Shown here in pieces: positions 54,007-63,586 of a stretch of 64,000 nt of DNA; position 1 is the stretch's first letter, and every line of letters begins with the position of its first letter. The stretch comes from a virus, in IMG/VR virus record IMGVR_UViG_3300025276_000032, positions 3,348 through 67,347 of that record; one strand, written 5' to 3'. The translations under genes were made by a program, and so were the position numbers. Below the pieces are notes generated by a model. It was not told the origin of the DNA. It did not search any database and saw only the letters and a program-made list of their open reading frames with translations.

Positions 54007-56657
54007 TATTTTTTCATCATACTTTTAAACGATTTCAAAACAGTTTTTCCTTCTTTAGTCTGTTTTGTATATCTTTTGTCTGTAACATCAATCAGTTTAG
54101 GTCTACGCATTAATTTTTCGTGACCAATAGGGAAGTTGCCGTGGGAAGCTACGTTACCTGTATTATTTGCAGGAACATCCTCACTTACAGATTCTTTAAA
54201 ATCTTTTGCAGTAGCTCCATGTTTAGAAATAAGGTTTGTTTTTGCTGCAGATGATATCCATTTAATATCAGCCTTTGCAACTTTCATAAGAGCTTCTTTA
54301 TCAAACTTAGCAACCATCTTACTCATTTTCATTGCTTGATCTAAAGGAAGTCTATCTGGCATACTTGAGTATTGTTTTTTCAACATAGCGATTTGCTTTG
54401 GCGAAACACTCTCAATAATCACTTTTTCATCAAGGTTACTTTGATGCAGATTTTTCATTGCACCGATAACTTCATCTACAGAATCACAAAATTCCTGTAG
54501 TTTTGGTAGGTCTTCTTTTCCATGTGGATTTTTCTTATCTTCGGCAGCCTTGTATGCGTGAGTCTCATAAGTACCAAGGGCCAATTCTAATTTCTCAAAT
54601 GTAAGTTTATCAGGACTACCTTTCAACAAAGCAGATAGTTTCTTTGCATGATTTTGACCAGAATTACTTATCTCACGAATATTAGGCACAGATTTAACTT
54701 TTTTCCAAGCCTGTGCCAACTTTTTATCATAAACTGATTCATCAAGTTCAACAGATTCATCCATTTTTTTCTTAGCGTCCTTAACAGATTTTCTCACAAG
54801 CGGTTCCACAGAAGAAATGAAATCACTCCAACTGATTCCACTTTTTTCAAACTCATCCTTAATCATTTTTTTCAAAGTCTGCATCTGTTTTTTATCTGGA
54901 CCATCTTTTGTATTTGTAATACTTTTTGAATACTTGATGATATCTTTGTTTTTCCCAATCATTTCCAAAGCTTCTGGATACTTTTTCTGCATAGTCTTGA
55001 GAGTTGCCTTATCACTGATTAAATCTAAAATACTATTTTCTCTGCGTGGGCGGGCAGTCCAACCAGCAGACTTTTTCCTACTGGCACCTATTTCTCCGCC
55101 GATAATTGCACCCATTAATGTCGTTGCAGCAACTTTTATAAGTGTAGAGGCAATAAATCCTAGTCCAATTGCGCCGAATACTTCATCAAGTTCAACAGAT
55201 TCGTTCATTTTCAACCATTTTGGATCTGTTCTCTTTGGAGCACTGTAATCAATATTTTTTCTTTTGACCATGACTCTACCGCGCTTTATTACATCTACTG
55301 GGTCATTTGTCTTAACATTGTATCCAGAAGCCCACATATAGTCTTGTATTTTATCTGCTACTTCTTCCCAAACATCATAAAGTTTGACTACTGTACTTCC
55401 ATGCCGTTTATCGACTTCGGGATTGTCATTGAGATAATCATCTATAGATAAGTACCAATCATTCAATGCTCTATACAAATCTTTTGGAGTCATTTTTTCA
55501 ATTGGTGTCTTGCGAAATGAAGTCAACCTAGTCATCTTGCCGCCTAGAGGTTTTACTTTTTTCATTAAACCATCAATCAATTTTAATTTTCTATTAATAT
55601 CTGTAGATATTTTAGTTTGTTCTGTTTTTCCAGAATTTTTCTTTTTCATATTTTTGCCTAGAATGGCGTCCATGAAACCTTCATTAACAGATTCTTTATG
55701 TACAGAAAAATGTGGTCCATCTTTGTGTGGAAATGGCTGACTATCTAAATGTTTTGACAAACTATCAGATCCTTCAGATGCCATGTCACCTTTAAGGAGC
55801 CGGTGTTTTGTTTTTACTAGATAGTAAGAATCTGGCGCATTTTTATGATTTTTCCATTTCATTCCATCAGCCTTTGTCTGAAAGTGAGTTAAAACCTCAT
55901 GTTCTAAATCAAATGCGATAAAGTTTTCATCAAGTTCTACAGATTCATTCATTTTCAACCATTCTGAATCTGTTCTCTTTTTAGCGGGGAAACCTATCTT
56001 TGCCATCTGACCGATTCCCTTAATATCATATCCAGAAGCCCACATATAGTCACTTAGTTTAAATCCAACTTCTTCCCAAAGTTCATAAAGGTCTTCTACT
56101 GAACGTCCATACTTTTTCTTTAAAGCGTCACTATCATCGCCATAGTCTAATTCATCTTCTACAGAATGATACCAATCGTTCAATGCTATGTACATACCTT
56201 TTGGAGTCATTTTTGCCAGCGGAAGTCTACGAAATGCCATCAATCTTCCAAGCTGACCGCCTAGTGGTCCCACTTTTTTCATTAAACCATCAATCAATTT
56301 TAATTTTCTATTTATTTCTGCAGCTAATTTAACTTGTTCTGCATTATCAGGTTTTTTTACTTTTTTCTGAAGTTTTTTTGCAGGCTTTCCTTTTGCGCCG
56401 GGCACTAATTGTTTTATAGTGTCCATAAAACCTTCATTAACAGATTTGTTGGCTCTTGAAATGCCTTTGACACGATTTATAAAATCTCTTTTATTCTTAT
56501 CTGATCTATCTTGATACATCTTTGCATCCTTTCCTGTAGACGCTTTTGCTGCATCTGAATAATTATCTGCATATTTTTTTGTGGGCACTAAACTTCTTGT
56601 AGCCGCTTTGGAATAATCAGCCTTAGTTTTTGGTGATAACTCGTTTAATTTTTTCAT
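54006..56657 (-). CDS. Large Lys-rich putative internal head protein with repeated ESV(E/N/S)(LD)E linkers
   Basis: 883 aa, internal duplication, repeated ESVELDE. Confidence 0.65.
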   Translation of the reverse strand: MKKLNELSPKTKADYSKAATRSLVPTKKYADNYSDAAKASTGKDAKMYQDRSDKNKRDFINRVKGISRANKSVNEGFMDTIKQLVPGAKGKPAKKLQKKVKKPDNAEQVKLAAEINRKLKLIDGLMKKVGPLGGQLGRLMAFRRLPLAKMTPKGMYIALNDWYHSVEDELDYGDDSDALKKKYGRSVEDLYELWEEVGFKLSDYMWASGYDIKGIGQMAKIGFPAKKRTDSEWLKMNESVELDENFIAFDLEHEVLTHFQTKADGMKWKNHKNAPDSYYLVKTKHRLLKGDMASEGSDSLSKHLDSQPFPHKDGPHFSVHKESVNEGFMDAILGKNMKKKNSGKTEQTKISTDINRKLKLIDGLMKKVKPLGGKMTRLTSFRKTPIEKMTPKDLYRALNDWYLSIDDYLNDNPEVDKRHGSTVVKLYDVWEEVADKIQDYMWASGYNVKTNDPVDVIKRGRVMVKRKNIDYSAPKRTDPKWLKMNESVELDEVFGAIGLGFIASTLIKVAATTLMGAIIGGEIGASRKKSAGWTARPRRENSILDLISDKATLKTMQKKYPEALEMIGKNKDIIKYSKSITNTKDGPDKKQMQTLKKMIKDEFEKSGISWSDFISSVEPLVRKSVKDAKKKMDESVELDESVYDKKLAQAWKKVKSVPNIREISNSGQNHAKKLSALLKGSPDKLTFEKLELALGTYETHAYKAAEDKKNPHGKEDLPKLQEFCDSVDEVIGAMKNLHQSNLDEKVIIESVSPKQIAMLKKQYSSMPDRLPLDQAMKMSKMVAKFDKEALMKVAKADIKWISSAAKTNLISKHGATAKDFKESVSEDVPANNTGNVASHGNFPIGHEKLMRRPKLIDVTDKRYTKQTKEGKTVLKSFKSMMKK
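55182..56446 (-). repeat. Internal duplication of an approx. 170-codon module (55182-55693 and 55926-56446)
   Basis: SVNEGFMD...INRKLKLIDGLMKKV.PLGG...KMTPK..Y.ALNDWY...DYMWASGY...KRTD..WLKMNESVELDE occurs twice. Confidence 0.85.
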
Positions 56658-57241
56658 CTAATTAGTTCCTCGACTGCGACATAAATTTTTTGATTTGTCT
56701 TAACGTGTGTTGCTTCATATATATTTAGACCTAGAATATTACCTATAGGATAACATTCTTCTGAAATTCTTATTTGATCTTTAGGACGCACTATTTCTTC
56801 CACAGTACTGTTCACGACTTTAGAATATTTAAGCCTGTACGTTCCATGTGATAGTTTATCATCGTCAGTCAAGAACCATCTATTATCTTCAGCTAAAAAG
56901 TTGATTTCTGAATAACCTGTTTTTTCTGCTATTTGCAAAACAGACTTATCGCTCAAATCTAATTTTTCTTTAATGAGGTATAGAGCCGCAGCATAAGACG
57001 CAACAGTAGATTTACCTCCGGGCACTTTACCTAATATCTTTTTTACATTGAACACTAGTCTATGAAAATGGGTGTATGCTCCTTTTTGAGCAGTACTTTC
57101 GATTTTAACTTCTTTCTGTCTAACGCCGTCTTTATCTATAATACCCATTTTAAAGGCATTTGTTCTATCGAACGGAGTTACTAATAACGTCAAAAATCTA
57201 AATGTATAAAGCAGATCGCCTGCCCTGGCTATCATTCCCAT
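56654..57241 (-). CDS. Conserved T4-like hypothetical protein
   Basis: YTFRFL.LL.TPF...GIID..G...HRLVFN.K. Confidence 0.75.
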   Translation of the reverse strand: MGMIARAGDLLYTFRFLTLLVTPFDRTNAFKMGIIDKDGVRQKEVKIESTAQKGAYTHFHRLVFNVKKILGKVPGGKSTVASYAAALYLIKEKLDLSDKSVLQIAEKTGYSEINFLAEDNRWFLTDDDKLSHGTYRLKYSKVVNSTVEEIVRPKDQIRISEECYPIGNILGLNIYEATHVKTNQKIYVAVEELIR

Positions 57242-57242
57242 T

Positions 57243-57617
57243 TTATATCTTTCTTAGTTCATCTATTACATACTGGTCCATTTCTATTCCAGTATATTCG
57301 TCATTTTTTATATATTTCAAAAACACTAAAAATGGCTTAATGATTGACCAATGGTTATCATTAAATTTTAGCCTCATAATCTTCAAAGACGCCTCAATAC
57401 CAAAAACATTGAATATTACAACAATATGATTTAGTATAAGGCGAACAGATAGTTTCTTATCTTCCCTAGAAACATATCTGTTCACTAATCTTTTAATATA
57501 TTTTATTCTGTTCAAATCTTCATAAAATTCTTCAATATCAATACATTTAGGATTATAGTAATGCCTTGCTGCAAAAATTACAAAATTATCTTCGTCTACA
57601 TTATCAAATATTTTCAT
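57243..57617 (-). CDS. Conserved T4-like hypothetical protein
   Basis: FAARHYYNP.C...F.EDL.R.KY.KRL...RLILNH. Confidence 0.78.
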   Translation of the reverse strand: MKIFDNVDEDNFVIFAARHYYNPKCIDIEEFYEDLNRIKYIKRLVNRYVSREDKKLSVRLILNHIVVIFNVFGIEASLKIMRLKFNDNHWSIIKPFLVFLKYIKNDEYTGIEMDQYVIDELRKI

Positions 57618-57638
57618 TAAAATATACTCTTTAAATTA

Positions 57639-60269
57639 TTAAGTGCCTTTTCTTACGATATTAGCGTCACCATCATCTGTATCGTTATGTCTTTTAGGAC
57701 CTTCTGATGTAGAATTTGCAATGGTTTCATGTGTTTTAGCTACAACTACAGGACCATTGACAAAATCGTAAACTTCTGCTTTTTCTGGGCTATGCATTGC
57801 AACAAAATCAGCTTCAGTCATACCAGTACCACTAGGAGCAACTCTATCAACACGACGATTTGCTACTTGATCTTTCCAAGTGTCTGTAGTCTCTGCATCT
57901 TCTTTTATTTTTTGCATAAGATACGAATTTTTCTTTTCCGAAATACCTTCAACAGACGTTTTTGGAGTAAATTTAATCTTATCTAAAAAACTTTCTTCTA
58001 CATTAGTATTAAGGTCAACGGATTCACCTCTATTTGCAAATGCTCTGAATTTTGCAGGACTTTTTTGATTCGGCTCTTTATGCGTCATTTTCTTTGCTTT
58101 TTTGAGATTGTCCATACCTTGCATTGCCCGATATTTGCTGGTGTAAGTGGCAGCATTGTCCTCATCTCCAGCCTTTGAAATTTCTTTAAAAACTCTATTT
58201 GTATCAGATTCCAGTTTTTCCATTGTTCTTTGATACTTTACAGAATTTCCAGTAGTTTGCATCATTTTTTCTAATTGTGTATGCATGTCTATGATTTCCT
58301 GCATCTCTACTTCTAGACGTTTAACAAATTCCTTTTGATCTGCTGGGATTTGGCGCATTGCAGGGCCACCATATTTCGGAGTTTGTGCTTTATCACCATT
58401 TCCATAAAACTTAAATCCTTTACTAAGCTCTTTTTTAGACCATGTCCACTGTTTTTTGGCTTTGCGGTGAAAATCTTCTGCTTCTTTTTTAAATTGGTCG
58501 CCACGTAAACTATCGTTTGCAGCGTCTTTACCAGCTGATGGTACTGTTGACTTTTTTACAAATCCAAGATGTTTACCTGTCATTTTTTCAAGTTTGTCTA
58601 GGACTTTATTCAATCCCTTATCGACTAGATTTGTAACAATGCCCTCTTCGAGTTCAATATTTACAGATTCTTTTACCAAGCTAGTCATGCTTGCACCCAT
58701 ATCACCCATTGCCATTGAAACTTTGCCGTTTCTATCATAGAGGTAATGTTTTAGTTTTGCAGCACCTTCGCCCTGTTTAACTAAAGTGATTTTTCCAACT
58801 TTAGCTTTACCAACAATAGATTTAAATGTTACTTTAAATGTTCCTTCTTGCCCTTTTGAAAGTGAAGATCCATATTTAATTTTTACTGTGTCACCTTTTT
58901 TCAGACCATCGAATGTTGATTTAAAATCTGTAGCTTCAGAAATTTGTACTGACTCTTTCATCGGATCAACGAAATCGCCTTTTTTGATTCTACCTGCAAC
59001 TTGACCCATAGAACCATGTACTACAAAATCTCCATTTGTTGCGATAGAGCTAGTATGCCCATTGCGAGTAGTTGGCATTTGTTTTTTGCCTATTGCTCTC
59101 AGCATAAGTTTATGCAGTGCTTTCGCTTGTGCGCCAGTAGCTTTAACACCTTCGAATTGCATAGATGCTTGACCACTACTTCTTTCTTTTTCAGCTTGTG
59201 CTTTTTTTGCGTATGGTTTACCTTGATTGACAAACTCACCTTTAGTCATCCGCTGTACTTGAAACTTACTATCTTTAGTTTTAATAATTCGAACTTTACC
59301 CTCTTCTGAGGCTTCATCAACTTCAACAGATTCATCCCAAGGAGCTTTCTTGAGTGATACTTTATCTTTTGGCTGGGCATCTTTGTCCGCTTTAGCTAAT
59401 GCTCTGGCTTTTGCTTTTTGTGCTGCAGTCATTTTTCCTGCTGGTTTAGCTTCAGCTAAAGGATCAGCTTGGGTTCTCATAAGATCAAGAGTAGCCATAA
59501 TCATATCAGGTTGTGTAGACTCTTTAACTGATTTTTCGTCAACTTTGCCTTTTTCTTTTTCTTTTTTCAAGACAGAATCTTTATCTTCCCGATCATCTTG
59601 ATCGTCTCCATAATCATCGTTACAATCTTTGCAATCTGGATCATCGCATTTGCTGTGTTTTTCGTTTAGCCAGACTTCGAACATTTCTTCGGCTTCATCT
59701 AAAGTATGTCCTTCATCCATTGTAGCTAAAACAATATCTGCCTTGTGTTCAATGGCTTCATTTTTAGTTACCCATCTTTTGGCATCTTTTTTCTTGCTAA
59801 AAATATTTGCTATATCGCCTATGATTGATCTATTTTTTCTAACTCTAGATTCGTCTACAGATTCATTTTTAGGTACACAATTAGGAACAGTCTTACCGTT
59901 TTTCTTTTTCATTCCAACCATTTCGTGACTATCCCAGCAAGGATCCTTATCTTCTGCAGTGATAGCTTTACTGACAGTTTTTCTGCGATTATCAAGATAT
60001 TCGTCTGATTTATCTACATCACCGTCGTTGTCAATATCTTTATCTTTACGATCTTTGAATTTCTTTTTCAGTGCTTTAGGCTGAACTTTATCAAGTCCTT
60101 CACCATCATCGGATACTTTATTTGTATTGTCCTCTGACATGGATGGATCATCATCTTTCATCATAGACCCATCTGGCATCCTGTGCTTGCCATTTCTTTT
60201 CTTTTCTTCTAGTGCCAACATTTGCATGTATGCGTTGGCAATGTTGTTTTGCGTGTCATTAGTGTTCAT
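57639..60269 (-). CDS. Large putative internal head protein made of short modules separated by Glu linkers
   Basis: 876 aa; repeated (K/N/D/G)ESV..E; modules HRMPDG, DIDNDGDVD, PCW...VPNCVP. Confidence 0.65.
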   Translation of the reverse strand: MNTNDTQNNIANAYMQMLALEEKKRNGKHRMPDGSMMKDDDPSMSEDNTNKVSDDGEGLDKVQPKALKKKFKDRKDKDIDNDGDVDKSDEYLDNRRKTVSKAITAEDKDPCWDSHEMVGMKKKNGKTVPNCVPKNESVDESRVRKNRSIIGDIANIFSKKKDAKRWVTKNEAIEHKADIVLATMDEGHTLDEAEEMFEVWLNEKHSKCDDPDCKDCNDDYGDDQDDREDKDSVLKKEKEKGKVDEKSVKESTQPDMIMATLDLMRTQADPLAEAKPAGKMTAAQKAKARALAKADKDAQPKDKVSLKKAPWDESVEVDEASEEGKVRIIKTKDSKFQVQRMTKGEFVNQGKPYAKKAQAEKERSSGQASMQFEGVKATGAQAKALHKLMLRAIGKKQMPTTRNGHTSSIATNGDFVVHGSMGQVAGRIKKGDFVDPMKESVQISEATDFKSTFDGLKKGDTVKIKYGSSLSKGQEGTFKVTFKSIVGKAKVGKITLVKQGEGAAKLKHYLYDRNGKVSMAMGDMGASMTSLVKESVNIELEEGIVTNLVDKGLNKVLDKLEKMTGKHLGFVKKSTVPSAGKDAANDSLRGDQFKKEAEDFHRKAKKQWTWSKKELSKGFKFYGNGDKAQTPKYGGPAMRQIPADQKEFVKRLEVEMQEIIDMHTQLEKMMQTTGNSVKYQRTMEKLESDTNRVFKEISKAGDEDNAATYTSKYRAMQGMDNLKKAKKMTHKEPNQKSPAKFRAFANRGESVDLNTNVEESFLDKIKFTPKTSVEGISEKKNSYLMQKIKEDAETTDTWKDQVANRRVDRVAPSGTGMTEADFVAMHSPEKAEVYDFVNGPVVVAKTHETIANSTSEGPKRHNDTDDGDANIVRKGT

Positions 60270-60279
60270 TGTTTTCTCC

Positions 60280-60585
60280 TTACATTAACACTTGTGCTGC
60301 TACGGCAGTCGCGGCGGCAGCAATTGCCAACCAAAATAATTTATTAATCACATTAATTGTGTGACCTTGTTCATCTACTTTTTTTTCTATTTGATCAAGC
60401 TTTTCTGAAAACTTATTCATTCTTGCCCAAGAATCATCTCTATATTTTGCGTATGCGTCCATCTTTTCTTCAAATCTAGCTATGGTAACCAATGCTTCAG
60501 ATAAAATATCTATTTTTTCTTCAATTCTATCTAGTCTTTTATCAGTACCTGTTGCCATTGATTTATTCCAATTTCTTATTTGCAT
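60280..60585 (-). CDS. Coiled-coil protein with C-terminal TM helix
   Basis: RLDRIEEKID...LFWLAIAAAATAVAA; start probably the ATG of MATGTD. Confidence 0.65.
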   Translation of the reverse strand: MQIRNWNKSMATGTDKRLDRIEEKIDILSEALVTIARFEEKMDAYAKYRDDSWARMNKFSEKLDQIEKKVDEQGHTINVINKLFWLAIAAAATAVAAQVLM

Positions 60586-60594
60586 TGTTAGTGT

Positions 60595-60602
60595 TATTTA
60601 TA
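60595..60602 (-). promoter_or_regulatory. T4-type late promoter TATAAATA
   Basis: Exact consensus upstream of the 60280 gene. Confidence 0.65.
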
Positions 60603-60619
60603 TAAATTTTATGTTGACT

Positions 60620-61135
60620 TTATGAACCATTACAAGTAATTGTCGAGGTAAATGTTACTGCATTTGCTATATTGTCTGTAACTGAAAATGTAACATCGAA
60701 TGTTCCTGCAAATGCTGGAGTACTTGTTCCGGTAATAATAAAAGTGTTGTTTGTATTTGCTATATGTGCAGTAATTCCACCTCCATTAGTAAGAGAGCCA
60801 GAAGTGATTGCCCAAGACCATGTTAGAGGTGTACCATCGGCGTCTGTAGCTGTTGCGACTATAGTTTCTGGATATTCACTTAGTGTGTAAGTAGCGTTAA
60901 TTCCGGTAATAGAACTAGGAGTTGCATTTGTAAAATCTATTGATCTCCAAGATATACCTGTCCACAAATAAAATTTAGATGTGGCAGTAACATAAGCCTT
61001 TGTTCCTGCAGTAGGATTATCAGGTAAAGAAGCTAAGTCTACATAAGTAGAAATTGACTTAGCTTCTAAATCTTCATCTGTTAACTTATTGCTGCTGTTT
61101 AAAAGCTTTGCTAAATTTCTTCCTATTGTTGCCAC
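60620..61135 (-). CDS. Short fibre/virion protein
   Basis: Paralog of 27735..28250 (DADGTPLTWSW module). Confidence 0.7.
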   Translation of the reverse strand: MATIGRNLAKLLNSSNKLTDEDLEAKSISTYVDLASLPDNPTAGTKAYVTATSKFYLWTGISWRSIDFTNATPSSITGINATYTLSEYPETIVATATDADGTPLTWSWAITSGSLTNGGGITAHIANTNNTFIITGTSTPAFAGTFDVTFSVTDNIANAVTFTSTITCNGS

Positions 61136-61148
61136 TTAAATTATCCTC

Positions 61149-62981
61149 CTATTGCCATTTTAATGTGCCAGTCACTGTTCCTCGGGCGGCTTCAAATGCT
61201 AGTGATGTTGCGTTATGCTGTGAACCACCGTCAACTCGACCGCTGCCGTTATAAGAACCTAGACGAACGCACTTATAATAAGTATAACCTCCACTAGTAG
61301 TTGTTGTCCAATAAGAACCAGTTACAGTCGGTTGCCACGCTGTTGATAGTACTCTTATAATAATTATACCATTTCCTCCAAAGGTACCAGCTTGATGGCT
61401 ATCGTGGCTGTGATCATCACGATTAACAGAGTGAGTATTATTAAAAGACCCGCCACCGCCGCCTCCAGTTCCATGGTCACCATTGTGCGAGTAATACTCA
61501 GCCCCATTGCCTCCGCCACCAGAACCACCTTGAGATACATTGTTATACTGTGCATAATCAACTCCAGCACCGCCCCCACCAGCGTAAGTGTTTCCGTCTA
61601 ACCATGTTTTGCCATCACCGCCATAACCGCCGCCAGACCAGTTGCTGGATTGGTTGGCGCCAACTTCGCTTGCACCACCGCCAGCGCCGCCGTGGTCACC
61701 CCCGCCATTGCCTCCCAGATAGCGATATCCAGTTCCAACATCTGTAGATGAATTATAAATGTTTGTAACTGGCGCGGCTGCGTTATTTGAGCGTGATCCT
61801 CCACCTGTTGATCCTCCACCAGCATAATATGCGGTGCTGGTGGTGGCGCTTGTGTATGTCGTGCTGCCACCGCCTCCGCCACCGGCTCTAATTCGCCAGT
61901 CAACTCCATAATAAAACTGGCTACGTGTGCCAGCATTGGCAGGATAATTCCAGCGATACGGATCTTCACCGCCAGCGCCAGTACTTGCAATATATTCTCT
62001 ATTTGCAACTAGCGTTCCAGTCCAAGTTTTATATTCCCCACCACCGCCGCCTGCGCCGCCATATGCGCTGCCGCCACCACCACCGCCAACTACTAGAATG
62101 TCTACTTGAGGTACAAACTGTAGAGACACTACAACATCTTTAGTCGTAGTATTAGTTCCATCTGTAACACTAATAGTCACGGTAAAAGTGCCAGAATCTG
62201 CATTTGATGTTCCTGGTGTAATAGTAAATACATTATCAGCCTGAGATATTGTTGCTGTAGTTCCTAAAGTTCCTGTCGTTACTTCATAGGACCATGTCAG
62301 AGCATATCCTTCAGGATCTGTAGATGTTGCTGTAAGAACTGTGGCTGTTCCATCTAATGCAAGACTGTATGAATTTGAAATTCCTGCAATTGCAGTAGGT
62401 GCAGTGTTATCTAAAGTAATAGTAACATTTTTTGCTGTAGTTGCTGATCCGTCTGAAGCGATAGCTTTAAAAGTTAATGTCCCATAATCAGACACATTAG
62501 TTGACGGTGTTATAACATAATTTCCAGTATATTCGAAACCACTAATATTTGTTATCTGTGCGGGAAATGTACCACTAGTATTAGTATGAACACCAGAACC
62601 ATCTGTAATTTCCCAAGAGTATTCTATAGGAAAAACAGCAGAATCATATTCTGGATCAACTGCAGTTGCGTTTAATGTAGTAGAATTGCCATCAATTGAG
62701 AGTGAAAGAGTGTCTGGTGGTTGATTAGTTTTAAATATCGGAGCAGAATTTATTCCAGATGAAACCCTATTCCATTTTGTTCCATCATGTAAATATAGAG
62801 ATTTTGTAGACGTTACAAAGGCACTTTGTCCTTCAGTGCCGCTACCTAAATTTGATATGTTTTCTATAGAAACTATACCCGGAGTTGTGCCGGTACCAGT
62901 AAAATCTACAAGTAATGGATCTATCTTTCCATCTTCAGTCGGTCTAAAAAACTTAGCTAAATTTAGTGCTTTAGATGGCAT
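61149..62981 (-). CDS. Fibre/virion protein with two Ig-like modules and Gly-rich C-terminus
   Basis: MPSKALNLA start; DPEGYALTWSY module; paralog of 26560..27726. Confidence 0.75.
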   Translation of the reverse strand: MPSKALNLAKFFRPTEDGKIDPLLVDFTGTGTTPGIVSIENISNLGSGTEGQSAFVTSTKSLYLHDGTKWNRVSSGINSAPIFKTNQPPDTLSLSIDGNSTTLNATAVDPEYDSAVFPIEYSWEITDGSGVHTNTSGTFPAQITNISGFEYTGNYVITPSTNVSDYGTLTFKAIASDGSATTAKNVTITLDNTAPTAIAGISNSYSLALDGTATVLTATSTDPEGYALTWSYEVTTGTLGTTATISQADNVFTITPGTSNADSGTFTVTISVTDGTNTTTKDVVVSLQFVPQVDILVVGGGGGGSAYGGAGGGGGEYKTWTGTLVANREYIASTGAGGEDPYRWNYPANAGTRSQFYYGVDWRIRAGGGGGGSTTYTSATTSTAYYAGGGSTGGGSRSNNAAAPVTNIYNSSTDVGTGYRYLGGNGGGDHGGAGGGASEVGANQSSNWSGGGYGGDGKTWLDGNTYAGGGGAGVDYAQYNNVSQGGSGGGGNGAEYYSHNGDHGTGGGGGGSFNNTHSVNRDDHSHDSHQAGTFGGNGIIIIRVLSTAWQPTVTGSYWTTTTSGGYTYYKCVRLGSYNGSGRVDGGSQHNATSLAFEAARGTVTGTLKWQ

Positions 62982-62994
62982 GATTATTCTCTTT

Positions 62995-63573
62995 CTAACT
63001 TATAGATAAAGATACATTGTGAGTTGCTTGTGATCTACCATCACTGGCTACTGCAACAAATGTAAATACTTTATTATCATGTGGACTGTTGGGCGTTATC
63101 GTAAAAACACCAGAACTCTCATATCCAGTTATAGAAGCTATTTGATTAGGCAAACTTCCTCTTTGTGGACTGTAATAATTATTATCTGTATCATACATAT
63201 AATATGAATAAAATATAGATTGATCTACTGTGGCGTAAATTTGATTCACAGCAGTCATTGTAATTGTTCCAGCAGAAGTTGTTAATGTGATACTCGCAGC
63301 ATCTCCAGAGGAAGTTGCAATTGTACTCGTAAGAGCATCTTGTCTTCCAGAAGATACGAACTGCCAATCTGATCCATTCCAAACATAAAGTCTTTTAGTA
63401 GTATCCGAATATGACAATTCTCCTATGGTTGAACCAGAAGTAAATGTTGCTTTTTTACCGGTTTTAGATTTAGCAGAAGGTGCCTCAATACTAATTACAT
63501 CAGGAGCAGAAAATTTTCTACTGTCCTTCTTAAATATTCTAGATATGCTGAATTTTCCTGTACGCTTGCCCAT
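62995..63573 (-). CDS. Fibre/virion-associated protein
   Basis: GELSYSDTTKRLYVWNGSDW, F.AVASDG module; start corrected to ATG 63573. Confidence 0.65.
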   Translation of the reverse strand: MGKRTGKFSISRIFKKDSRKFSAPDVISIEAPSAKSKTGKKATFTSGSTIGELSYSDTTKRLYVWNGSDWQFVSSGRQDALTSTIATSSGDAASITLTTSAGTITMTAVNQIYATVDQSIFYSYYMYDTDNNYYSPQRGSLPNQIASITGYESSGVFTITPNSPHDNKVFTFVAVASDGRSQATHNVSLSIS

Positions 63574-63586
63574 TATTATTCCTTTA

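Noticed and set aside
54738-59335. GANTC sites clustered in the internal-protein linkers as regulatory sites
   Set aside because: They follow from Glu-Ser codons (GAA TCN) in the protein motif.
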